From assembly GCA_958009085.1 (NCBI GenBank), contig OY253668.1, positions 868,001 to 932,000 on the forward strand: 64,000 bases of DNA. Reading direction: 5' to 3'. This stretch comes from Protoeuglena noctilucae (taxonomy: Eukaryota). A model generated the notes under the pieces. The model searched no databases. It saw only the letters and a program-made list of their open reading frames with translations, and was not told the DNA's origin. Shown here in pieces: positions 23,801 to 34,085 of this stretch. The position numbers and the translations under genes were made by a program. Each line of letters begins with the position of its first letter. The stretch's first letter is position 1.

Positions 23801-26800
23801 GATCTCCGGCCCCTTCGTGTCCAGCAGCGTCGCGGCGTGGCTGCCCCGGCGCATCGTGGCCTCACGGAAGCGGGCGAGGACCTGCCCGTGACCCTCGTGG
23901 TCCCCGTGGGAGAAGTTGAACCGGGCGACGTTGAGGCCGGCATCGATGAGCTTGCCGAGGTTCTCGCTCGACCAGCACGCGGGGCCGAGCGTGCAGATGA
24001 TCTTGGTCTTGCGGCGGACGAAGGCGAACTTGTTGATGTCCAGGAGCGTGTCGAGGCCGATCTTGGTGGAGCGGTAGAACATGGTGCGCGGGCCGGGGTA
24101 GGCGGACGTGGTGAGCTTGTCCACCACGCCGCCGGGGTGGCCCACCACGATGCAGCGCATGGTGAGGCGCTGGTCCTCGACGCGCTGCTGCCCCGGGCGG
24201 CGGTGGACGACGACGACCTGGTCGCCCTCCTGGAGGGACAGCAGGCCCATGTTGTTGCAATACTGGACGAGGAGGGGCAGGGCGTCGTTGATGCGCTGGA
24301 AGCGCTGCCCGGGCAGGAAGAGGCCGCACTGCCCGAAGCGGGAGCGGCACGACGCCGCCAGGGTCGGGTTGTCCGTCATGACGAAGACGGGCTGCCGGGG
24401 GCGGTACTCGGATACGAGGCCGGCGGCGCGCCCGGACGAGGTGAGGACGAGGATGGCGCGGGCCTTGATGTCGATGGCCGTCTGCACGGCCGAGTTGCAG
24501 ATGGACTCGGCGTCCGACATGGGCTTGGGGGTGCGGTTGCGGATGAACTTGAAGAGCCGCTGCGTCTCCACCAGCTGCTCCGCGTTCTGCATGATGGCCG
24601 CCATCGTCGACACCGCCGCGTCCGGGAAGTCGCCGTTCGCCGTCTCGCCCGACAGCATGACGGCGTCCACCCCGTCCAGCACGGCGTTGGCCACGTCGGT
24701 CATCTCGGCGCGCGTGGGCCGGGGGTTGCCGATCATCGACTCGAGCATCTGGGTCGCGCAGACGACGAACTTGCCCACCAGCTGGCACTTGGTGATCATC
24801 CACTTCTGCGCCAGAGGGACCTTCTCGGGCGAGATCTCCATGCCCAGGTCGCCCCGCGCCACCATGATGCCGTCCGTCTCACGAAGGATGTCATCAAAGT
24901 TCTGCGACGGCGACGGGTGCGATGCGCTCGTCAGCACAGGATCGCAGATGCCGCTGAAGACAGCCTTACCGCCGACAGCACTTCCGCGCCACGCATCGGC
25001 GGGCACGCACCTTGAGGCCCTCCGAGTTCTCGATCTTGGAGATAATGCGGATTTGCTCTCCGCCAGCCTCGTCCAGCACGCGCCGGATGAAGCGCACGTC
25101 CTCGGCCGACTGCACGAACGACGCGGCCACGTAGTCCATCTTGTGCTTGCACGCGAAGTTCTGCAGGTCGTCGATGTCCTTGTCCATCAGCACCGGCAGG
25201 TCGACCTTGACCCCCGGCAGGTTGCAGTTCTTGCGCTGCCCCAGCTCCTTCGTGTTGAGCACGCGCCCCCGGAGCTCCGTCTCGCTCAGGATCTCCACCA
25301 CCTCGATCGACACCGTCCCGTCCGCCAGCAGGATCTTGTTCCCCGGCTTGACCGACTGGCACAGCTTGCTGTACGACAGCCCAATGCGCGTCTCCTTGTC
25401 CGTCTTGTACCCCTCGAACTGCGTGTACCGGTCGCCCACCGCCTCCACCACGATGTCCTGCCCCGCCTCCAGCGTGATGTTCTTGCCCTCGCGCAGCATG
25501 GCCGTGCGGATCTCCGGCCCCTTCGTGTCCAGCAGCGTCGCCCAGGACGGCTTGCACGGCAGCAGCTTGGAGTCCTTGAGCTTCTGTGCCTTGCGCTCGC
25601 TGGCGTTGCGGAAGCGCTCCAGCACCTTGAGGTGCCCGTCGTGGTCCCCGTGGGAGAAGTTGAAGCGCACGATGTCGAGGCCGGCGTCGAGTAACTTCTC
25701 GATCTTGTCCTCGTCCCACGACGCGGGGCCGATGGTGCAGACGATCTTGGTCGCCCGAGGGCGGTGCACGGGCTTGTTGATCAGGTCGAGGTTCGTGCGC
25801 GTCGACCGCAGGGACACGGTGCCCGGGCGAATCACCTGCACGCAGCCACACGGGCACGAGGGGCTCGGCGCTGGCGACGGGGCTGCAACGCGGGGGCGGC
25901 GCTCATATGGGGCCAGGCCCTCGGCAAGGAAGGAACCCACAGCGGCAGCCCTCACCGCTGGTGCGCCGGAGGACATGGTGAGGCGGGCGGCCGACGCCAG
26001 GGCGTTCTGGAGCTTGCCCACTCCGACGACCGTGGTTGACACGACCGGGTCCTCCTCGGCCCACAGCTGGCCGTGCCCCGTCACGACGATCGCCTTGACG
26101 ATGCCCGGCTTGAGGTTGTACATCTTCTGCACGTGCGCCACGGCAGCCTGCGCACGGCGAGACCGGCACCGTCACGCTCGAGGAGTCCGGGGCGCGTGGA
26201 CGTCCCCCTCTACCGCCCTGGAAGTGTCCCTGGCGCCCCCCGCCCTTGCGCCTTACGCTTGCGAGCCCTCACCTCAGCGAGGCCCTCCGCATCGGGGCGG
26301 TCCCACATGAGAGGGAACTGGGCAAAGCAGCCCGAGGTCTGGCGGAAGACGATGTCGCTGTTGGTGGCCACGACGACGGGGCACGGGGGGCGGTACTTGG
26401 ACACCAGCGCGGAGGCGTGGCCGGTGCTCGAGGCCACCACGATGACGGCGCTGAGGGGGCTGGCGGCGTCCGTCATAGCCGCCGTGTCCATGAAGTCGAT
26501 GGCCGTGTTCGAGACGGTAGAGAGCAGGGCTTCCGCCTGCAGGAAGTGGGTGGGCAGCAAGGGCGACCTTCAGGCCCAGGGGCGACCCGCTCGCCTGCCA
26601 GGCCGCGCAGGTGAGAGCCTGCGCCCACTCTCTCCGCCCGCGCGCCGCACCTCAGGCATGGCAAGGGTCCCGCCGAGCGTGTTCCAGAAGCGGAGGAAGC
26701 TGTATTGCTGCTGGACGTCCACGCCGACCTCGGCGTCGCGGACGATGCCGGCCATGGTGGCCACCGCGATGGCGGGGAACTCCCCGTTCGCCGTCTCGCC

Positions 26801-28630
26801 GGAGAGCATGACGGCGTCGACACCATCGTACACAGCGTTGGCCACGTCGGTCATCTCGGCGCGCGTGGGCCGGGGGTTGCCGATCATCGACTCGAGCATC
26901 TGAGTCGCGCAGATTACGAACTTGCCCGCGATGTTGCTCTTGGTGATGATCTGCTTCTGCGCGATGGGCACTTTCTCGGAAGGAATCTCCATGCCCATGT
27001 CACCGCGCGCCACCATGACGCCGTCCGTCTCGGCCAGGATGCCGTCAAAGTTCTGCAACACAAGGTGGGGGCCACTTCACACGCCAGCCACCCTGACAGC
27101 GACGCGGCACCGGCAGCGAGCACAACTCGGGCCACGCACCTTCAGTCCCTCGAAGTTCTCGATCTTGGAGATGATCTTGATCTTGTGCCCCCCCGCCTCG
27201 TCCAGCACGCGCCGGATGAAGCGCACGTCCTCGGCCGACTGCACGAACGACGCGGCCACGTAGTCCATCTTGTGCTTGCACGCGAAGTTCTGCAGGTCGT
27301 CGATGTCCTTGTCCATCAGCACCGGCAGGTCGACCTTGACCCCCGGCAGGTTGCAATTCTTGCGCTGCCCCAGCTCCTTCGTGTTGAGCACGCGCCCCCG
27401 GAGCTCCGTCTCGCTCAGGATCTCCACCACCTCGATCGACACCGTCCCGTCCGCCAGCAGGATCTTGTTCCCCGGCTTGACCGACTGGCACAGCTTGCTG
27501 TACGACAGCCCAATGCGCGTCTCCTTGTCCGTCTTGTACCCCTCGAACTGCGTGTACCGGTCGCCCACCGCCTCCACCACGATGTCCTGCCCCGCCTCCA
27601 GCGTGATGTTCTTGCCCTCGCGCAGCATGGCCGTGCGGATCTCCGGCCCCTTCGTGTCCAGCAGCGTCGCGGCGGACCACCCCCGCTCCTGGCAGACCTT
27701 GCGGAAGCGGGCGAGGACCTGCCCGTGACCCTCGTGGTCCCCGTGGGAGAAGTTGAACCGGGCGATGTTGAGGCCCGCATCCAGGAGCTGCGCCAGCTTG
27801 TCCTCGCTCCAGCAAGCCGGGCCCATCGTGCAGACGATCTTCGTCTTGCGGAAAGTCACGTTCTCGTTCATAATCATGTCGAGATCCACGTACGTGTTGC
27901 GCTCCGTGATGGTGTCATTGGACACGTGGGGCGGCTTGAAGGCCGGCGGCTCGTACTCGGGAGACCACTCATTGGCCAGGCGCTCCTTGAGCACGGTGAT
28001 GGTCGCCGCCTCGATGCTGACGCGGTGCTGCGCACATCGCGAGAAGGCAAGGTCGGGGCCCTCGCGCCGGCGGAGGAGCGGGGAATCAGGCCTCCCAGGG
28101 GTCCCGCTCACCAGGCGCGCAATGTCCCTCAGGGCGGCAGGCGCCGCAGCTCGCTCCGCATCGTCCGCCTCCAGCCCGTCCATGACGGCGGGCTCGTCGG
28201 CAACAGGGACACTGCGGCGGGCCCATGGCAGGGTGCTGTCGGCCCGGCCCGGCACCAACCCAGCCCCCTCCGACGCCCCCTCCCCTCCAGGCACTCACTC
28301 GTCCATCTTGTTCTTCAGGATGCTCCTCTTCGGCGCCAGCGCCTCCTTCCCCGACCGGCTTGCGCGCGATGGCTCGTGCGACCTCTCCCCCCTCTGCGCA
28401 GGGCACACGAGGGAGCTCGTGACGCGGTGAGCAGGATCGCTAAAGCAAGCGAACGCGACTGTCGAGGGGAGTATCGCGGGGGGAGGATCACAGCAGCTGC
28501 TGGGCAGCAGCAGGGCCCAAGGGGGTGGCCGACGCGGACAGCGGCCGCTCCTCTCCGCCCCGCCGGGGAGACCAGGATCAAAATCGCAAAAACCACGCTG
28601 ACGCCATCCCGAGAGCGGCATCGCCGCCAT
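20897..28630 (-). CDS. Pyruvate kinase polyprotein with four tandem PK units (roughly 2,200 aa); 5' end uncertain
   Basis: The unit TKI(V/I)CT.GP...ARFNFSHG...[10 protein letters not shown]...ISKIEN...MVARGD.G.E...ATQMLESM...VMLSGETA plus C-domain occurs three times, then a fourth divergent unit. Introns at about 28212-28297, 28029-28112, 27054-27140, 26538-26650, 26148-26274, 25836-25955 and 24903-25011 keep the frame open. Confidence 0.9.
23358..27670. repeat. Three nearly identical 476-bp dispersed direct repeats within the PK gene (23358-23833, 25066-25541, 27195-27670)
   Basis: Direct comparison shows the same sequence from GCCTCGTCCAGCACG to CAGCAGCGTCGC. The only difference I found is the A/G at 27356 (synonymous Asn codon). 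Confidence 0.92.
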
Positions 28631-29551
28631 CGGGAGCGCCGGGGGCCTCGGAAAAGAGCGGCCCACCACTCCACCCGGCGCAGCTGTCGCCGTAGGAGGT
28701 ATCCGGAGGACGAGGCGAGCCGCTCCGATCAGAAACGATCCCGAAGATGCCGGGGAGCGGGCGCATGCGCGGAGGGGACGCGAACGGCGGGGGCGGCCAG
28801 GGCCCCACACGTCCGGGGGCCTCCCGGCGACGCTGAGCCGCGCGCCAATTGCGCAGGCGCAAAGAGGGCCTCCTCAGATCGCACTCGCGAGGGGAGGGGG
28901 TCGCGTATACCGCCAGCGGCGCCAAGGTCAAGGCCCAACGACTCGAACGCATTCGCGAGCGAAGCGGAGGGGCAGGAAAGAGTCCCGAGGGGCCGTACCC
29001 GACGTCCGCAACGCGAGCGCGGGCACCCACGCGGGGTATGCGGCAGCCGCGAGCGGCGCGGAGGGGGCAGGGGGGGGGAGCACTCACGAGCGCCCCTGGG
29101 GACCAGCGGCGCAGGAAAGGGGCATCCGCATGCAGCAGCGATACCATCGGAGTAATATCGTTACGGGGTGGGGCGCAGGCGGCTCACCGGCGAGCCCTTG
29201 CCCGCGCTGTTGCCCATCCCGCGAGGGCCACGTCGCGCGGTGGGGCTTCCACGACGCCGGGGTCTGGATAGCTCGAAAAGAGACGATATGTGCCCGGACG
29301 AGGGCCATCGGCGGCCCCAAGCGCGGGGATGAGGATGCAGCTCTGGCACCTTTTTCTGGCAAGGGCAAACATGTATTTGGGTCTCCCACTGCGCCGGACG
29401 ACCCGGGCGACGTGGCATATATCGCGTTCCGGAGCCAAGTGTCTTCGTGCAATCGGGGCAATTGTGTTAACGGCATCTCCCCGCTGATCTCTTGGGAATA
29501 GGCTGGCTGTCAAGAGCTCGCCACCCCTGCCCGCGGCGAACCGGCGTGACC

Positions 29552-31641
29552 ATGGAGGCGTTGTGTGTCTCCCGCGGCGTCGCGGCGGCCATCTCGTCGA
29601 AGCGCAGCGTGGCTTGCCGTGCGCCCCTGACCAGAAGGCGAGGCCTCGCTCCGCCTGCCGCGCTCGGCAGCCGCATGGCCTTCTTTGCGACGGCGTCGCG
29701 CTCCCAGCGGGGCGCACGACACGCTGGGGAGGGCCCTCGGGAGCTGTGCGGGTCGTTCCTGCCTTGTGCACGCGTCGCGAGCCTTTGCGGAACTATCCTT
29801 TGCATGACGATGTGGGCATTCTGCGAAGTCGACCGTGGGGCTGTCTGCCTGGGCCAGTCGCGCCAAACCGATCCGAACAGACAGTTCCCCCGATTTCCGC
29901 GGTCGAGCGGTCGGGGCGCCGTACGAGCGCCTGCTGCAGTCGAGTTCGGTCTCGTGCGCGTTGTTGTCGCTGCGGACCGGCCGCGCAGCCCCCGTGTTGT
30001 CAGATTTCACCCGGAATACCTTGCAGCCCCTGGCCCCGCGTCCCGCGCCCTTGCCGAGGGGGACGGCGCCGCCTTCCTGTCGCGATGAAGGCCAGATATC
30101 TACTGATGGCGAGTTTGCCCACTAGCGTGTGCGGAGCGCGTCGGAACACGCCCTGCCTCTCTTGGCCCGCGCAGTCCTGCGGCAGGCCGCGCGCGCGCGT
30201 CCTGTGCCCTGCACCGGTGCAATGTGAGGTGTGACGCGGAGGACGGCGCATCCTCTCTCTCCACGTCGTCGGGCGACAAGACGGAGTTTGTTGCCGAGAC
30301 GCTGCTGCCGACGCGGGCGGGGAAGTTCCGCGTCCGGGCGTACAAGCACACGGTGAGCACATGTCCCGGAGCTGGAATCGCCCTCGTCTGACCGCCGCGC
30401 CCTGTCGTGTCGGCCGGCGCACGCCCCCGATGACGCGCATGTGCTCGTGGGTCGTCCCGGTGCGATCCCCTCGACCGGGGCGTGCATCGGGTCGTCCGCG
30501 AGAACGTGACGGCGCTCGTGCATCGACGTCTGGATCCGCGCCCCGCGCCCGTGCTCGAGACCCTTCTCGGGGCTGCGTTGACCGCGCGCGCTTGCTTGGT
30601 GACCTCGTGCACATCGGTTCCTGCGCGCCTCGCGTGCCGCCGTCCCCTGTTCTGTCGGTTCTGGCCGCGGGCGGCATCGCGTCTTCGCGGCGTCGACCGG
30701 GCGCGCGCGCGTGGCTCGCCACCCGGCATCTGCCGGGGCTGGCCCCCCCGCGCGGCCTGTTCCCCCGGACGGGCGTCCTGCTGCCCCCCGCGCTGCGGAG
30801 AACGGAGTGTCCACATGTTTCGGTGGCCTTGGCTCGGGAGTACCCCCCGAAGGCCGCGGTTCACGTTGATGGCCCCCGCAGGTGGACGGCTTGACGTACA
30901 ACGAGCCCGTCGCCATCATCCACGGAAACATCGAGGGGAAGTCGGCCGTACCAGTGCGGGTGCACGACGCCTGCTTCACGTCCGAGGTGCGCACGGCCAG
31001 GCCTCGCGCGTGTGGCGAGCCTCACGAGCGGCCAGCAGGGAGCCGCGACGCGAGACCTCCGCCTGCCTCGCCGCGCAGGTTCTCGGGTCGATGAAGTGCG
31101 ATTGCGCCGAGCAACTGCAGCAGGCGCTGGAGTACATCAAGCGGTCGCCGGACGGGGGCATGGTCATCTACCTTCAGCAGGAGGGTCGCGGGATCGGGCT
31201 GGCAAACAAGATTGCCGCGTACGCGCTGCAAGAGGAGGGATACGACACGGTGGACGCGAACCGTGCGCTCGGGCTGCCGGACGACTGCCGCGAGTACACG
31301 GCGGTGAAGGTGTGGCGCCTGGGGCGGCGGTTGTTGCACAACCTCCAGGGCCAGAGCTCCGGTCGCGCCAGTCGCTGTGCGGGCGACGTCCCCCCCCGCC
31401 CTCCTCGCAGAACATCATCAAGGACCTGGGCATCGCGTCGATCAAGCTGATGACGAACAACCCGCGCAAGATCCGCGTCCTGGCCTCGCTGGGCGTCCAG
31501 GTCGAGGACCGCATTGCGTGCATCGTCGAGGCCAACGAGGTCAACAAGGGGTACCTGGCTGCCAAAGAAACGCGCATGGAGCACCTGCTCGACCGCTCGT
31601 GGGACGAGACGTACCGCAACGCCGTCCCCGGGCCAGAGTGA
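29552..31641 (+). CDS. RIBA: GTP cyclohydrolase II (monofunctional RibA type) with probable plastid transit peptide
   Basis: [92 protein letters not shown]. The arrangement of the 5' exons is tentative. Confidence 0.92.
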
Positions 31642-31731
31642 GAGTTTGGGCGCCAGGCGTTGCCACTAGCGTCACAGTAGGGTTCAAAGCATAGGTGCCA
31701 CCCATTTGGCGACAGATGTGGACATGTGAAG

Positions 31732-33878
31732 TTAGCGTCGGTCTAGGCCTCCCCCGTCCTGGGCCACGCCCCTAGTGGCCCTCAGACCCCAGAGCGCGAT
31801 GAGCACAGCCTCCGCGCGACCGTGGTGAGCATCTGCAGGGAACGAGACAGCGGGAGGCTGCACAGTGCGAGCGACGGCGGGAGCCCACGGCGGCGCCCCC
31901 TGGCTTGCCCAGCGAACGCACCGCGGTGAATAGCGTGTCGCAACTGGGGCGCCAGCACCCCTGCCAGCCGGATGGATGCATCTTTGCCTCCCCGAAACAG
32001 CCTGCGAGTACGCAGCACGACCTGCCATGCACAGGCAAGACTGGGCGTGGCACGCCTCCCGCGTCTGGCAGCGGCCTCAGCCAAGCGACCCACCGGAGAT
32101 CCCCCTTCCAAGAAGACGGCTTCACGGGAACCACGACGGCATCAACCATCATAAACATCCCCGCGTACATGCCGTGATACATGCCCGACCAGAACCCCGA
32201 GATGGCCCCCGTCATGCGGGGTATGATCTGTGGCTCCTCCACGAACGCGATCAGCTGCGGCCGGGGCGCCCCCGTCGCCCCTGCCCCCTCATCGGCAGGC
32301 GCCGCACTGGCACGGGACAGGGCGCTGATGCGCCGCACGACGTCGACGAGGGCGCCGCCGTCCGGTCGCAGGCGCCGCGTGTTCCCTACTACCGACTCTT
32401 GCACCGGTACGTCATAGAGCGTCACCAGGGCATCCACGCCCGCGACCCTGACTGCGAGGGCAGCGACGGAGAGGGGGGACGTTTGTTGGCAAGGCACCAC
32501 GACACGCTGCAGACGGCCCCAACACGCAGTTGCGCTGCATGCCGCACCCGGTACGTCCTCGACGACCGCCGTCCCGGCAGAGGACGGCCCCCCGACGACG
32601 ACCCCGAGGTCCCAGGCCAGCAGTCGCTTGGCCAGGTCGCCGCGGTTGCCCTTGGCCGGCATGCCACGTGCCGCGGTTCGGAGCAAGAGCTCTTTCTTCG
32701 GCAGCGCCTCGTACCCCGTCAGCTGCAGGCTAGGCGAGGGACCACGCTTCCAAGACCGCAGGCACCAAGCAGCGCAGGCAGTCAACCGCGAGGAGGAGCC
32801 TGAGAGGCGCACGTGCACGCACCCGGGACGATGCCTCGTCCAGCGCGACGGCTCCCTCAGCGTTGGCGGCGGGCAGCAGGCCATCCCTGAGAAACGCGTC
32901 GCGCTTGGCAACGAGCTCTGGGAGCGTCAGCGGGTCCAACTGGCATGCCTCCCGCGGCAGCAGGGGCCAGGGAAGGGCCTTGCCGCGACCGTCCTCCTGA
33001 GCCCCTCCCTCGCCGCCGCCCTCCCAAGGGAGCGGCTCCCGAGCAGGATTGGCCGAGTCCTCCTCCTCTGGCTCCCCCAGCCATGGAGGGTCTTTGCCGT
33101 CGGCCCACAGGGTCGGTCCACTCCTGCAGGGAGCAACAAAAAATCCAGGTGCTCCTCCAGCTCAGGCGACCGGGGTGTCTCTCGCCATGGCAGCGCCGTT
33201 GCGCGGTTCACCTGGTGCCTGTCGCCTCCTCGAGCGCGCGGACTTCTGCGCTCAAGATGGTGGGCTGCACATCTAGCAATGCCTAGTCGCGCACGCAGCC
33301 CCCACGAGAGGCAGGACACGGCCGGGTGCCACTCGCCAGCAGGGACGCGCAGGACGGCAATCGAGCCCCGCACGTCAGGGTCAATGCCCACCACCACCAA
33401 GGCCCCGCATCCGTCGCCTTGACCGGGCTCGCAACCACCCAGTGAATGCTTGCGCACAACGAAGGCGTGGCTGACGTCCAGGCTGGCACGGGGGCGCGGG
33501 TGCAGGCTGGAGAGAAGTCGACACGTCTTCCCCGGGCACCAAGGACTCCGGCGGGCAGGAGGAACCGCCATCCATGAGAGATAGACGCAAAGATCCCGCC
33601 ACGGCAAGGCACGACACGCCCGCATCTCTCAGAGTCAGGCCATTGCTGCGCTCTTGCTCGACCCTCCTGCCGCGGCGGAAGGCGAGAGAGCCAGCGCCTC
33701 CACACGACACTGCCAACGCTGGGCTCCAGCTGCAGAACTTGTGACGAACGGCGCTGGCCCGGACCTGACTGGCGGTGCGCCCCGCAAGATACGGCTGCCA
33801 GCGGCGAAATACGATCCCCGTCGCGTCATCGTCACCCTCCGACTCGTTCCTGCGAGGACTGCAGCCGCGGCTCCCCAT
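31732..33878 (-). CDS. MOC1: Organellar Holliday junction resolvase, MOC1/RuvC-like, with an internal SAP-like motif
   Basis: VVVGIDPDVRGSIAVL, IAFVEEP, PVKPSSWKGDL, KDASIRLA and HHGRAEAVLIALWG match the MOC1 acidic catalytic motifs. The start is uncertain. Confidence 0.8.
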
Positions 33879-34085
33879 GCCTGCACGTTCGTGCTGCACA
33901 ATCGTTTTCAAGCCAAGTGGGAGACCCGCGGCGAGATTGCTGGCAGGCTCGTTTCACAGCGAGCTCACGCGGTCTTTGGTGGCTCGTAGCTAACGCAGGG
34001 TGGTGCCCTGGGAGGGATGGGAGGGCGCATTCGGCGGCGCTGGGAGAGCACATCCCTCCGGCCAGGAGGCGACCACTGAGGGAAG

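Noticed and set aside
22079..25015. Very long + strand ORFs opposite pyruvate kinase (978 aa here; also 24108-25694 and 26705-29155)
   Set aside because: These are antisense shadows caused by the high GC3 codon bias and contain no protein motifs.
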